A stretch of DNA of 64,000 bases from Laetmonice hystrix (lineage: Eukaryota): the NCBI GenBank assembly GCA_965235115.1, contig OZ249438.1:32054001-32118000 (forward strand), written 5' to 3'. A model generated the notes under the pieces. The model searched no databases, was not told the origin of the DNA, and saw only the letters and a program-made list of their open reading frames with translations. The stretch's first letter is position 1, and every line of letters begins with the position of its first letter. Below are positions 13,461-28,189 of the stretch, piece by piece. The position numbers were made by a program, and so were the translations under genes.

Positions 13461-16400
13461 CTCGGGACGTGATGAATGCATCTCCACCACCCACCCTTAG
13501 TATAAAAGGTATCCAATGTTTGGTAAATCAACACGATGCAAAAATTAATTGCTGATGAAGATCTTTGGCCACATCCGACAGCGTACTCCATACCATGGCC
13601 AACCCTACAAATCCTTAGATTTCACCTGGATTAAGTACACAAAACCGTTTTTAGATGAGATAGTTGTACGAATAAATTACAGATTGCTATCTCTACTCCA
13701 ATCTGTCTCTACATAGGGGCTTACTGGAAAGTTTAACTTACCGTAATGGAGTTTAAGGACCGATTAAGAAAAATACCCTTTTTTAAATAAAAACTTCTTG
13801 GTGAATTGGCATGTCGCAGTTCATAAAATATGTGTTGAACATAACAGGGGGCCACAATGAATGATACGTAAAGTAACCTAAAACAGAGGAGCTGACAAGT
13901 TGAATTCATCTTCATTGTAATTCACTAAGATAGAGGTTATGACCACGTGGAGTTGGGATTGGGTTGGATGTTCACTGACACCGCTGGGCGTGCTATTGGG
14001 TATACAGGCTCCCGTTCGATAAAGCATGGTGTCCATGACAGACTTAAAAAATGCTCGGGTTGTTAATAGACAGGAAAGAAATATGACTGCGCATATATGT
14101 ACGTTTATCACGGTGCAAAATAAAGGGGTCGTCTGTGTTGCGGACTCAGGAAAAAAATCCCATTCTGGTATCACGATACTTTGGATATATCATGTAGGGG
14201 AAAATGTGTAACATTAATTTACTGGGGTATTCCAGCACATAAGGCGAACTGTTTCATTATATGCCTCTAGTGTCGCTACCAAATGACATCCACATAAATT
14301 GCTTTGCCTCATATACAGCAGACAGTGACTCATAAAAGGCCCTGTCATGTTAATAGGCATTTTTAAATGTCTCTGGTTTGGGCTGTCTCTCCTCTCCCAC
14401 ACCATGCAGGGATAGAATATGACCTATATTCTATTGTATATTTAATTGCTGATAATCTCATCTGCCATCTCCTATTTGACTGACCATCGTCCCTTCCCGT
14501 TGTAGGGGGCGTGGGGTGGGGTGGGTGTAGGGGGCTTCATTGTGGCTGAGGGCAGAGTGCGCTCTCCAAATAAATTCCAACGCTCGCTGAGTGCACCTCT
14601 AAATGCTTCACTCTGTACTTCCAAATCCACGAGGGCCATCACTTAGTGTCCTAACCTTCTCTTGAAAGGTTCAGAACAGAACAATTTAATAACCATTTTT
14701 AAACGTACTCACAGCCTCCCTACCATCACAATGGTTGGTCTTTTGGCTTGTTGCGGAGAGCAACGATCTGTGAAGAGATGCGTAATGACTGCTCGCCCAC
14801 CCCTCTGCCCACAACTGGTACATTGTGGTCGCCATGCCAACATAACCATTGCCATGGCGCCAGTCAGCCGTGGTGACACCCACACTGCCACCTGTAAATG
14901 GTGCCTATGGGGCAACCACTTACCTGGCCGCCATGGCCGCCAATAGGGTAAATATAAGGGCATTAACCCCCGCCCACCCTACTGGACAATAACCCTTAAG
15001 ACCAACCGATGAGGCCTCAAGGACAACGCAGACAATGAGCACTCCGCAGTTAATCTTAAGTTTTATACACCCTTGTCTCCGCTCTTGGGCACCGCACAGC
15101 AGAGATAAGAGGGGCATCTCCCTACTGAGGACTTTTATTATGGCACTATTCATTAAATTTTCGGGGAAGAGAGGAAGTGGACAAAAGGTTTTAATGGTAC
15201 AGTGGCCGTGGCACTGGACTGTGATCACTAATGAATGTTCCGATCGTGACCAAGCCACTCAGACTCAAACTAATTCTCAAAACCTCATATTTCAGATGTT
15301 CCCTGAGAACTTCTTGCACAAAAAGGACCTTCGAATAGGCTACACTATACAGAAACCATTAGGGCGATAGGTTCTGGCCTAACTCAAGGGATGTCGTTCT
15401 TCTAAAGCATGAATCGCGTCTGTTTTCTATGGAAGCCCTAACAAGTTGTCCACGTTTTCCATCAGTTGGAACATTAAATTATTCACCATTTACAAACGCT
15501 TATAAATGGGATATTAGCCCATACACAGGCCTATCAGTAGTAAGGAAGGTATGGCGTTATGTGCAGAAACAGTTGCTTGTCATTATACATCCATTAGAGA
15601 GAAAGAGTTCACAGGTGTTTCAGTTTGTCCGAGGGGGAAAGTGATAATTACATCATTTGGTATCATTCCCACGTTGTTGGGAGGGTCACCCTCCTCGCAG
15701 CCGGAGGGTTCTGAAACTGTCACCGATCTCCCTCACTACCTCGTCTGTGTTTTATAAAATGGCAAGTCCAATGTACTCTCCTTAGACTGCATATGGCGAG
15801 ACATAGGGTATAGTATTTTTTTAAATTACCCGGTTCAAAAAAATCGATGCAGCACTTTAAATTTATTTTTTCTAAACAGCCCGTGACTATGTCTAAACTG
15901 ACATATATCACCAGGCCAACTTGGGTGCAGTGCTAAAAATAAACAAGATTGATGCAGTCAGTGTTGTTGGGAGGTGATCTTCTTTGATGTGAGTTGGTAT
16001 TCTACTGTAATCTATGTGGCTTGTGTAGACGCTACCACTGTGTTTCCTTCCTCTTTTCAACGGCCCAAACTCTCGAGATGCCTTGTGCATGTGAGTGTGC
16101 CATTTGCATGTGCCATAACCTTGACAGATAGAAACCATTCATGTGGTGCATGCCAAGTTGGCCAAGCTTGTGTTTCTGAATGGAGAAGACCAATGACCGG
16201 TATGTTTCTGTAAATCTTGGACCGACTCCAAGAGTGAGAGGTACTAGAAGTCAGAGCACATCCACCGCACTTGTCGCATGGCAGAACCACTGGTGTGATT
16301 TGGACGGCAGCATGTCGCTGTCAATGTCCCCCCTCAACTCTTGACACTCAACATGGCTTTGTCAGAACCGCGAGGCCACAATCCTCCCCAGCCACAAACA

Positions 16401-18799
16401 AAAACTGATGGATCCCTGACCTGTAACCCAAACAAAAACTGAAGGATCCCTGGGCGGTTGGGTCGCGGCGTTCCAGTTCCCAGGACCCCGGTGTCACACC
16501 CAAGAAACAGCCAACAACTGTGCAACGTACACCGCGCTCTGAGATCCACAAAAAGAGCAACGGCACGTCTTCATTGGGGCGTTATCGTGAGGCGATTGTT
16601 TGCGTTTACAATGCACGGCGGACATGTGTTCAGACTCTTGCGCTGACCTACGCTGTTTGAGGGTCAGATTGGCAGTGTAAGAAAGAAATAAATTCTTGTT
16701 TGCCCCCTGCCTGCTGTTAGGGGACTTGAGCAAGTTGGCCTGCCTAACGACAGTGGCAGGGTAGGAGCCAGTGGTTTCGGTTCCACAACGGGGGTAACTT
16801 CGGTTTGTAGAGCACCACAGTCAATGCCAACTCAACTCAGTACCAAGGGCCAATATTTGCAGGCACTCAGTCTACCCGGACAGCAATGTTGGTCTCCGTG
16901 AAAAACTGTCACCACAACAAAGAGGATTCATGTTCAAAACCCATCCCTTTGCATCATAGCTGAATCGCAACCGAACCAGGACAAGCCATCTACTCAAATG
17001 TCACAATTTCAATTCAAGCAATTTTCAGAGCACTACAAATATTTTTCAAGCTTTCAGGACCCACCGTCTCCCCACGGCCTTTTCTCAGACCACATACCCT
17101 ACATCCAAGTATAACCACGAATTTGGTTACGCTCAGCGCTACATTCAGGTTTTCAACATATTTCTTTACTTTCTGAACTTGCCACCCGAAGAATGTTCAT
17201 TCTGATAACACTTTCAACACACTTAACGTCAGGCGATTAGAGGCCTCCTACAGCACGGTATTGGATATCCTCTGACGCCGCAAAAGCGTATGTTTTTTGC
17301 TAAATACTGCTGAAAAACAAAATACTTTTCTTCCTGCGAGAGCAGCACTGCCAGTTCATCAAAGTTACAAATTCCAAATCTATGAAGCGTACCAAATGGA
17401 CACCATCACAATAACACTGGACATTACCGCACGTTTCAACAGTTACTCTGAGAAAAGCAAACACTTAGCTTCCTTCCTTTCTAATAACAAGGGCTACTTT
17501 TGACAAGCTTCTTCATTTAGTCGAGCCTGAACAGCTGCAATGAACGTAAACATATTACAATAACAGCACCCCTGAGTGGCACAGGTAATTTCCATGGAGT
17601 AATTTTTTTAGTTGGATGGGGGGGGGGGGGTGCAACAATGCATGCTGAAACAGTGATTTTCAAGCTAACCCCTATTCCAACTAAATACAATGTACCCGAA
17701 AGCCCACTCCAACAACAACAAAATCTCAAAATTTCAGTTCACAGTCTGGTGTAGTGGCACGAGTCGGAAGTCCAGGAGCCCCTTCCAACGAAGATCCAAA
17801 AAGGCAGGCAGTTGCAATCATTCTAACAATGGACAATGCTCTGAGCGAGAGAGAGACAGTAATAGAAGGATATATTTATCCATTCAAGAGCCCTTATCCA
17901 GGAGTGCAGTGACGGGTCATCCATTAGTCGAAGATAGTCATTCTCTTATTTCCATCGTCATCAATTGAAGGTGTCATGGAGGACATAGGTTTTGCTGCCA
18001 GTTCTAAAGACGTATACGTTCTCCCGTTCAGCTCATTGACTCGGCTCGTCCGCCCTACCTTCACTGAATTCAGATGAAGGAAATAAACTCGTCTTTATGT
18101 TGGGTCACTCACACCTAGTGAAGGTCCCATTACTCTACTTCAGGAAAGAAGATCATCTTACCTACACGCAAATGTATCCTAATATATCTTGAGCTGAAAA
18201 GCAATAAAATACTTTCTGGGACAAAGTCTCTATCAGATGTGCTCAGGGTGATTCTTGTACGATCTTGGTTTCCAATTCTAACAAATTTAGATATACGTAT
18301 ACATATGTAAAAAAGTTTCCCAATATAATCACTACCATTGATGTTTCGAAGAAACACCACTGCTTGAGTTATTTCCTATAACAAGATTTTTATCAAACCA
18401 AAGCACAACTAAATACTACGGACGTGCCTCTATAGTTTCAATGCTGTTGCACTGATATCAAATTTTCTCTGTGAATGAGCTGTTCACTGGAGGGCCACAG
18501 TAGTGTACAGCCTAAACGTCAAGTCATTGAAGGCACTTTGTACATCGTTACTTTTCAACGTGAGTATTTTTTTCGGTGTTTTTGTCCATTATGCTGGTTC
18601 TCATTCAGTCTACTTTGTTTTGTGACTGAGGTGCTGTCAGTGCGAATCTGCAGCGGTCGCCCAGAGTAAGGGTTCAGCGAGGGCAATCAGGGGTTATGGC
18701 AGAAAACTGAAATGAGCGTGCTCGCCTCCTCACGGATGGCGTGTAAAAGTTGACGGTGCCAGCTCAGGGCAGTCCACGCAGAGGAAATGGTATCGGTTT

Positions 18800-18880
18800 A
18801 CCTGCCACAGAGCACATATTGTCTCAATCCCGGGGCTTGAATTACACTCCGCACCCCACCCCCCTCCCCGGATCAAACCC
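18800..18880 (+). mobile_element. Possible Penelope-like element remnant
   Basis: ILSQSRGLNYTPHPTP in ORF 18750..19220 resembles the LSKGLNFxPTP motif that precedes the Penelope RT. This is a single motif only. Confidence 0.25.
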
Positions 18881-21261
18881 CACTGGAAGCCCCGGCCACC
18901 ACACTACTGACACGGCAATCACTGCGCTGACACAACCATGCCAACCCTTTAACACCCAAACCATCCATCTCCACCCCTACAATAACCCTGACTTCTGTCA
19001 CCCATTCTTTCCCCCATTATCTCTAAAACCAGGACTTAGGAGCTACCAAAGGATGATTGATTCAGGCTCCGTTCCGAGATTTTTGTCTCTAAACCAACCC
19101 CCCCCCCCCCCCACCCAAAACCTCGGCTTTCACACGGCTAACCGTGCAAGAGTTAATACAGTTGTCACAGAAAATAGAGAGGAGTGGGTCAAAAAGGGTC
19201 ACAGAAAAACTGGGCTTTGAAACCTGTCATCTCAAGAAGAGCTGGGTAAACGTACCAAAACAAACAGCCGAGGGTCGGCCAAGTGCAGGCCAGCATACCT
19301 GCATCTTTTGAGTATATATTATCACCCTATAATGGAGCCCCTCACCCCCACCCCCCACCCCACCCCCAACTTAGCATCAACTGGACTGTTTCATTCTGAC
19401 GGTCATGATTAGCGCCTGCCACTTTCTGCCTGACCCCGCACCATTTTTGGTCGTTACTGCCATTACTTTCACGTGGTCTTTAGTGTTGGTGAAACACGAC
19501 TGTTTTCAAACAATATATCGCAAATTGCCTCCAATATTGGAAGTTTAAAATAGTTTGACAGGCCCTCCACTTGCTTAACTGCCATTTTCCTTTGAGAACA
19601 AAGCATGCACTCAGGCGAGTAAACATTTTTAAGTAGCAAAAAGAGGCAATTAAGAGGCAAATTCCCTGGTTACTGTCACTTGATGGATTACAACGTAACC
19701 CTCAATTCCTAATGTTGTTACTAATTACGTAACACTGCTCTCATACACCTAATGCTATGTAACTTTAAAACGGTGATTTAATCAGCACGGTGTAATAAAT
19801 AGCTCTTGGCTAGTTAACACTTGTCCTGTACCACTCCAATCTACGGCTTGATCAGCTGGGTCCGTCCAACAGTTGACGACCGTTGGCTGGAGGGACCGTT
19901 GACACTGGACACGTCAACCCACGCCAGTACGGCACACCCATCATGACCTTCTCCAGTATTCAGTTCTGTCATTCCAACAAAAAACCAATCACCTCCGATT
20001 CAAACGTTGAACGGACCTGACATCAGAGCCGTTTGGACCTCAGTGGTCACAAAGGCGTTAATCTACGACGGGAAATTACTTTTAGATCTATTCTGAGACC
20101 GATGGCCCTCAAGACAATAGGACCGCGGCAGTTAACACACATTACGTCAAGCGTTCAACCATTTACATGACCGTCTAAATCAAGCGGTTACTACAACCCT
20201 GATCGGGGTGACCGATTCAATCGTCACAGGAAGTCGAGATTAGTTTTATGTTATTACATCAATACCCAGACGATAATGCCGACGTGGAGGCAGCATTCAG
20301 AGAGACCAGTGCGAGTAAACATTTCCTGAGGAGTGTTTCAACCCGGCTGAGTGCACTTGGCGTATATACCTTTGTGAAGCACGGGCTGCAGCACCGGTTG
20401 TGAAGAGTGTGTATGGCTGTGGCAATATTTTGACACAGAAATGCCGCAACAAAGATGACACCATCATTACATAAATACCGTCCCACACCGCAAACAAGCG
20501 GGGGCGCCACCGGTATCTCCCAGGTCTCCTCATTTTAATTAGATACATGTATAAATATCGAAGATGATAAAAACTTATTTGTATTCGGGAGACACCGCCA
20601 GAACGGGTCAAGGAGGGAAAAAATAATGGGACATCATCAAGGGGTTAGCTTTAACAATGCTCTGATTGTGCGTGGCTCCCAGACTGTGGAAAATACTGAT
20701 ATGGTTCAAATAAGAGTGTGTGTACAAACTGAGGTAGGCCTGCCTTCCCCCACCAGCCATCACTTTGTTATCGGCCACTTCAAGTACGGTCTACAGTCTC
20801 AGTTCATCTCGATCCCCGCGAAAAGTTTTATCAACCGTTCGACCTCAATGGAGCGGACGTGACCGAATACACAATAAATTCTTCATGCACGAGTGCACGC
20901 TTCATGCATTCAACGCCCACACAAAATTCCAGCAACCAACACCATAATCAAATAGCCTACAACGTCGTGCCAGTGTCAGTGCAACTGTTCAACCTTTCGT
21001 CTGAGATCTATTTTCAATGAGAATTTTAAAGAACGGAAAATTACGCAACTCTTCCCCCTTCCATACCGATCTGATATCCAGGCAGATTTCTATTTGTCCC
21101 TTACTGGTGTTCTGTGCTCTGACTTATGCCAACGGTACTGATCCCTGATCCCTGCTGCACCTACCCCCCCCCCCCCCCCAACACACACACACACCCCTCC
21201 GGCCTTTGCTCCGGTCAAGGATGGCCGCTAGCAACCTCCTGAGGACACGGCCGGTGAGTGA

Positions 21262-21326
21262 CCCGGCCCCCGCCCGGCCCCGCCCGGCCCCGCCCGGCCC
21301 CGCCCGGCCCCGCCCGGCCCCGCCCG
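21262..21326. repeat. 10-bp tandem array (CCCCGCCCGG)x6, i.e. six GC boxes
   Basis: CGCCC begins at 21271, 21281, 21291, 21301, 21311 and 21321. Confidence 0.9.
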
Positions 21327-23672
21327 ACCTCTTACGGCCGTCTGTACAAGATTACGACGACCACCGTCAGAGATGAAGACGTTACGAGATACACGTCACA
21401 CATGACGTCATGTTACTCCACGCTCTCTCACAGCCACCGGGCAGCAATGTCATTAACGGACGCTGGCCCTGACCTCGGGCTTCAACAAGCCAACTGCCTC
21501 GAGTAACTTCCAGCTAATTGCAATCCGTCCAAGCACTATAACTACCCTACAACATAAAGCCTGGATCAATTAATTCCTTCAAGGCTCACTCTTATATAAT
21601 ATTATGTGGACTGACACATTTGAGCGTAATTAATGTTTATACCACCCGTTATTCTACAATTTCCGCGAGTCCAATTCAGAATTGGGTGGGGTGAGAAAGA
21701 CATCTTAATAAGCACAATTCAAAGAAAGGCGATCCGGTCAATTGGTCGTCATTATGCATGGAGGAATCAATTTCTTCACTTTTATTCCATGGTAACGATT
21801 CTTGTGGTGCACGTAAAACTAATCAACCCAATGTTTTGAAAAGTTTACCTTCATTTACAGCAATGTGCAGGTCCAATTAATTCCTTTATAATAATGGCCC
21901 GTGTAACATTCCCTGCATTTACTTTAAATTTGACCTTAGCTTCTGTATGTTGGAATCAGTACTATCTCATCACGGTCTGGGACTCACCACAGCTCTTAGC
22001 TGTCTGACAACAGCTCCTCAGTTGGACCACAGTTCATCAGTGATGGTCCTGACCACAGCTGAATGCGCAGACTACTACAGCACAGAACTCATCACTGTCA
22101 GACAACAACCCTCAGCGTGTTCCATAAAGTTGGTTTGACGACATCTGTCACTAACCACCGTTTGTAAGTCAGCTCGTCGGCCACCTAGGAAGAATGTACG
22201 CCCATATTGACGCCAACAAAGTTATCCATACGGCATATCTCGCCCAGGAGCGGCATCAAGCGCCTTTCTATGGCACAGAAGCTATGCTGATGAAGATACC
22301 GCCAGAGCCTGGGCGGCCACTGAGAAGCCATCACGGCAATCACCATAGGATCTGGCTGTGAGAGTAATTAAGCGGGCTTGCTGATGAAGCGACTCCCCAC
22401 GGTCAGCCTTGTTTATTGAGTTGTTTACCAGCAGTGGGGCCGGGCACCAAAACATTAAAGGTAGGCGTAATGAGACGTGCCCCCGGGCCGGCGGGTCTTG
22501 ACGACCTTGGCACACAATGACAATGTCCTCATGCATGGGCATGTTGATGGGCCAGCTGTTTAATCAAAGCTACAAATGGACCTTGAAGACAATTTCAGGG
22601 TTGGGGCAGTTTGGTAATGTTGCCACTTGGTCGCAGGTGAAATGTTCGCTGCGATCAATTAATAATGGCGCCGTAATAAAAGATGAAGGGCAGAGCCCTC
22701 GGTAAGGACCCAGCTCACACTATGGGTTCTAATTGGGAGAGACGATGACGGCAACTAATGGTCAAGCTCAGTTTGTCCGGGCAACCCTCACATGTAAATG
22801 AACCTTTAACGGGTCAATTTAGGGCAGTTACCCACGGCTTAGATCTTTTCATGTTTACTGTGATCAAATTGATAATAATCTCTAGGAATATTTCGGCTCC
22901 CTCCAGCACAATCTATACAAACCCCTAGATAGCCAACCGTCATGGAAGTGAGACACACCTCAAAGTCCCACTGGGATTGTCTATCAGAAGCAGCAATAGA
23001 CATAGCAATAGTCTGTGGACCTCTCTACAAGAAACACCATATACTTCTGATGAGGGCAACTAGTATTCCCACTGCCGCCAACCTCCTGGAGCACAGATTC
23101 AGTGAGAGATTCAATCTATCTACATGAACAAGGTTTTTAAACACTTCCACTAGAAACCTGCCCGAGGGCTTCCAGCGGTCCTCTCACCATAACGGAGCCT
23201 TGGGCCAGACTCCCAGCGTTACTTCATGCTCAAAGCGTGGCTTAATGCTTTAATACATGATAGCAATGCTGGTTTGACTAGTTCATATTCAGTTCTCCAT
23301 TTACACGTGTCTCACTTTGTAACCACCTACTTTCTTTTCATTTCATTTATTTAATCAAATCCTATTTCTAAAGATCTGCAGTAAGATAATAAATACAAGC
23401 ACAAGTACTTAAAAACATTGAGGGATAGGGTACTCAGGGCTGCATTGTAAATGGTTTGCTAGTGGTGAAGATACAGACTTGAGCAGTGATCGACGCTCCT
23501 TCAGTCAGATTCGTCATGGCTGGATCTCGTTGAACCAGTTTTTACCACTGACGTAACTTCATCCGACAGGTCAGACATGGCAGTGTGCAGGTCTGACAGC
23601 AGGCGGCCCAAGATCCAATAGTTTTGTTTTACTTACTACATACAGCTTTGTATGAGTCAGTCCTGGCGACAG

Positions 23673-23740
23673 TCACACGGACTGACTGAAAGAGGTGGCC
23701 AACATGTTCTCTCCACCACTGTTATCTTCCTGAATCAGCC
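23673..23740 (-). CDS. Candidate terminal coding exon of RAD51B (unconfirmed)
   Basis: A long polypyrimidine tract ends in ttcAG, followed by GG CTG ATT CAG...GTG TGA. Only the phase-1 frame required by the 79-bp exon stays open: (G)LIQEDNSGGENMLATSFSQSV*. A minus-strand AATAAA lies at 23346-23351. I do not recognise the peptide as homologous, so the link is inference. Confidence 0.3.
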
Positions 23741-25199
23741 CTGAAGGACGGAAGAAAGGAGGGAAGAAAAGGACGGAGAGAAACGATGAAGGAATGATTG
23801 AACGACATAGCATGAAATGGATACTGCGAGAAAGACATGCATACAGAAAAAAATGGGGAGAATCGGAATCCAATAAAAGTGTACATACGGCATAGAATGA
23901 ATCCATCTGGCTCGCTCTAAAATTAGCTCATCTTGATTTCGATCACTTACAATATATTTCCAAATTCCTCCCTGATAAAAATCATTACATCCTCTAAAGG
24001 AAGGGGGAAACTTGTACACGGTTTTTGTAATTCCTTGGGGATTTAAACCTTCAAAGTGTTTGCCTTTCAGATAAGTGAGTTTCGGTGAGCTTTGGTTGGA
24101 GGAGGGTGTTGAGGAGAGAGGTGGGTGTTGGCTGGCCGGCTGGGCGCCTGTTCCGTGTCCTCAAACAGGGGCTAACAAACCCGCTGACAGCCCGCTTTCT
24201 CACGAATCTGGTCGTTTAACACCATCTCTCCTACTGCCTCTTCTACACCTCCAGCTTTTCAACACTTTCGACGCGAAACATGCCAAAAACACATTTACCT
24301 TCTCCATTTCCTAGACGCTGCCTTCAATCCTATCATATCACTCAAATATTTCATTTAAATGTTGATTTCTCCTACATATATTGCAGTTATTTTGCCATAG
24401 AAAGATGATCCCTTTCTTTATCCCCGAAAAAGTGTGTATAATCTTACGGTAAAGAAGCCAATTCTACTCCTATACATCTTATGTGGGACAAAAGAAAAAG
24501 GGCAAAAATCAAAACAAAACGAAACCATGAGTATAGATTTATGCTGGGACACCTTATCACCACCACATATAAAGCTAAGGGAAATATCCCATTCAATTGC
24601 TGTAGCGGTGCTGATCTTTCACCTTGAAACCTCTCAGTTTTCAGAGCAAAGTTCACTGGGAGTTTTATCAACCTGCAAAAGGGGCACTTTGTACGTCACT
24701 CTCTTATCACAGAGCGCGATTCTCTATGAAAGCTATACGTTGATGCTTGCGCTGACAGTCAACACAAAATTAACTCTTGCTGCCGAATTATATCCAACTT
24801 TGTCAGTACTAAGGGTAAATAAAAGTTACAGTACCAACATTAAAATATAGTTTGGCAGCCTCCCTCGTGATAAAAAGGAAACTTCCAGAGAAATGTGGAA
24901 CACCGTTTCTTTAGATGGGGTGTACCATCTACCAGTGTTGTTTTTTTGTTTGGGGGGGGGGGGGGTATGTGTTTCACCAAACACAGAGCGTCTCGGTGGC
25001 AGCCCATGTACGTGCCGCATACCAGGGCCGTGGTGTGGGGCACAAGTCGTTACCCTTTACGTTACTACGGCTATGTCTTATGTCACCACAGAAAAATGAT
25101 ACTTTTGTGCATTTTTTTTTCTAGGATGAGTATGTGACCTGCCTGGAAGAGGAATACCTGGGTCTGGGGTTCCCACGCTATGTGACAATACTGCACTTG

Positions 25200-25560
25200 T
25201 CTTTCGCTGCTGGTGTCATCGATACCCATCTTGCTTCTACGCAACATCTGCCTGCTGCCGGCACTATCAACATCAATGGCGTCTTTACATGGTAATTGTG
25301 ATGCCCATGGCTTGCCTGTCGAACACGGAGCAAACTTCTCCAGGGTCTACCATGGAGGTTTGTATGCCCTCAGAAGGGAGGGGCGGCCAGAGGTAGGGGG
25401 AGTGACCCGTTGAATACGGCACTTTTAAATGATTCCACTGTCCATTATTGACATGTGTGGTGCTTTTCACTCAGCCGGCGTATTACAGCTGTGCGAATCG
25501 GTCTGATATACTTGAAGGCGATGGCACCTCTCTAAAACCCGATACTCTTCTTTAATAGGA
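25200..25560 (-). mobile_element. Possible decayed LINE AP-endonuclease fragment
   Basis: Interrupted peptides LQVYQTD and LRAYKPPW*TLEKF resemble the YxxYRxDR and xxYRPP motifs of LINE APE domains. Confidence 0.3.
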
Positions 25561-26559
25561 CTTCTTGGGGATGATGCTGAGGCGGCTTTCTGGGGGTGGT
25601 AAAGAAGGCGTCTCGGGGTCATGCCTGGAATGGGGGTCAGGGTGAGATGTTGGTAGGGGTGTGGTTTGAACAATGGGTGGCATTGTAGGGGTTAAGAAAG
25701 AGGAGAGGGTGGCTAGTGTGAGAGTGAGCCTGGCAGCGGTTTGATTTACGGACCGTTGGCAGCTTTTACAGTCACACCAGAGTGTGGCCACAGGCCAAAC
25801 TTGGCACCAAGCCCTGATCCAAATGGGGGTGGGGGTGGGGTTGGGGTGGGGTGGGGGAGGGGTGGGCCGGCTGATCACTAACAAATGCCCCACTTAGATC
25901 CCTTCACTGATTGTCTAGCCAGATTTCACAGCTTAAGGTACTATGTCACTGTGACAATACGAGTTGACTGGTCCGTATTTGAAAGCCCTGCAGTATACAA
26001 GATCAGCATCTCACTTCCAAGTCCTTTTAACTCCTAAGTAAAGAGCAGTGTTCAGTGTGAATTAACGCCCCAAGTCATTAAACTTAAGAGCCTAATTTAC
26101 GACTCTTTGTCCATTAATATGAATCAGGCGAAAGTTTAGTTACTACGATTCTTCTCAAAGACTACTCGTGTTTGCTTGTACGCGATGGTTTTAATCTGGC
26201 GGAAGTGCTGGGAGATATGTTTAGGTTTATAAAACAGTAAAATAGTTATTTATTAAAGGGTATGACCGATGCCATATGGGACTGTTTGATGGGGGGGGGG
26301 GTAACTTTAAAAAAATATAAATTGGCATCGAGAGTGAACTTTTAAAAAAAGAATTAGCGAAAGCCTGGGAAATCCTTTTGGTTTCATTTGTCCAAAGGCG
26401 ATTTTGGAACTTGAAAATGGACTTCCAAAAAGTTGAAACGCTCCCAATTTTCGCGTTCTTATTTACGCAATTCGAATATTGTAGAAAAATTATGAAGAGA
26501 AATTTGTATTGTCATGCCCTATCTAAAAAAATATGCGACAGCGACCTCGAGGCTAAGCT

Positions 26560-26732
26560 ATACTGAGATGCCGCTACTGACTAGACGCCAGTTTGATGTA
26601 GACGGGAGCTCTTCATCAATGATTATTATGAATGGGAATGTATTAATTGATCGCCTAGAACGCCTGCAGCGACACGCCGCGGCAGCTGCACGCTTGATCG
26701 ACTCTATCAGACCCAATCATCGGGCGGTGTAA
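26560..26732 (+). mobile_element. Decayed LINE ORF2 3' fragment
   Basis: LLTRRQFDVDGSSS...LIDRLERLQRHAA..RLI resembles the CR1/L2 post-RT motif LVRxxLEYGSxVW...LERVQRRAARxI. Confidence 0.4.
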
Positions 26733-28189
26733 GCTGGGCCATCCGTCGGGCAACCACCCACCCACCCACACCTCCGCCCACACAGGCTGCAGGCGCACAC
26801 TGCCGGCCACTCACTCACTCACTCACTCTCGGGGTGCAGGGGTCTCGGTCCGCCACCCTTGGGATGCTGCATGGTGAATGGGCAGCTTGTCACAGGCCGC
26901 CCCAAGCCAAACACAGGCCATGGCCCTCAGGACGAGCGTACAATACGACAACGCTTCCGCCACTCTTTGATATAGCCATCAGATCATAATAATAACAGAA
27001 TTGTTACGCTTACAGACACTAGCCAAGAATAGCGGCTATACACCGACTCATGAACTGGCAACACGATCACTCATTATTGTTGTCACACCAACATTCATGA
27101 TGCCATCACCGAGAGAAAAAATAAATGAGGAAAAAAGTCGTTTGAAACTTATACTGTCGCGTGAGCGTTAAAAAATATATACACATGCACACGTGCTAAA
27201 TAGTAATAGGGCCCAGATTACTCCCTTTTGATCTATTTGTTATATTTCATCTGGAATAATTTCACACATGTTAAAGATGTTACATATTATAGTTTCATTC
27301 GGTCCTTTTTTTGTATTAATGTTAATGTATTCCTAACTTCTTCTTGAATGGACACACACATATGGCCGACCACATTTGCACTGTAACAAGGAGAGCCTTA
27401 CGAGAATGACATCATTTTCGGGTTTCTACATAATTAACTCCAATGGTTGGACTAGATGATATTCCTTTTACCAGTCGCCATTCTACTTAATCAACCTTTC
27501 CCTGATTTGTGATATCAATACATGTATTTTAGTTATATTTTTACCTCTCCTGAAAGTGTGAGAAAACCACATCACGCCCCTCAAAACTACCGCCTTTGTC
27601 TTTGGTAGTGAACTTGAGTAGCATAGAATTGTTTCCCAAATTTACCCCTTTTGTTACCCGCTTTCTTTACAGGTATGAGAGAAGGCGGTGAGTGTGTGGT
27701 GAGGGCGAGTGTCCCTGTGAGTGTCTGTGTGGAGCTGCCCCTCGCCCTAAGGCTGCCGTGACAGAGGCCACCTGTGACATCAAGCCGTGTTTGGTTGGAT
27801 CCCTGACGGAGCGGGGCCCACTCCAGGGGCTTTACCATCAACATTCAAACTGATCCAATGGTCACGTAGCTGGCGTCTTCTGGAGCAGGTGGCCCACACA
27901 TGGCCTGTCCTGATTCACCCTTTTAAAACCCTCCTGGCTTTATGTAGGGTGGGGGTGAAGTTTGAAACAGCACCTCCTCCATGGCATGTGACTCACACCA
28001 GCCTCATACTTACACAACGGTCCCCACGTGTCCGGACCGTGAACACAGGCCCGGCCTCTGATCTTCACCGCCACCCATGGAAGGCAGGACTCAACAATCT
28101 GTATATCCCTAACCCCCACCCCCTTAACCCCCCAAACCACCACCGCTACAATCCCCAATCCCCAAAACGATGCCAGTTTTTAGATCCTA

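Noticed and set aside
16920-17170. Penelope RT C-terminal-like peptides (HPFAS*LNR, HIPYIQV*PR)
   Set aside because: The similarity is too weak and stop-interrupted to support without a search.
19850-20200. SGHKGVN resembling a Gypsy integrase zinc finger
   Set aside because: There is no CC pair, no DDE core and no LTRs.
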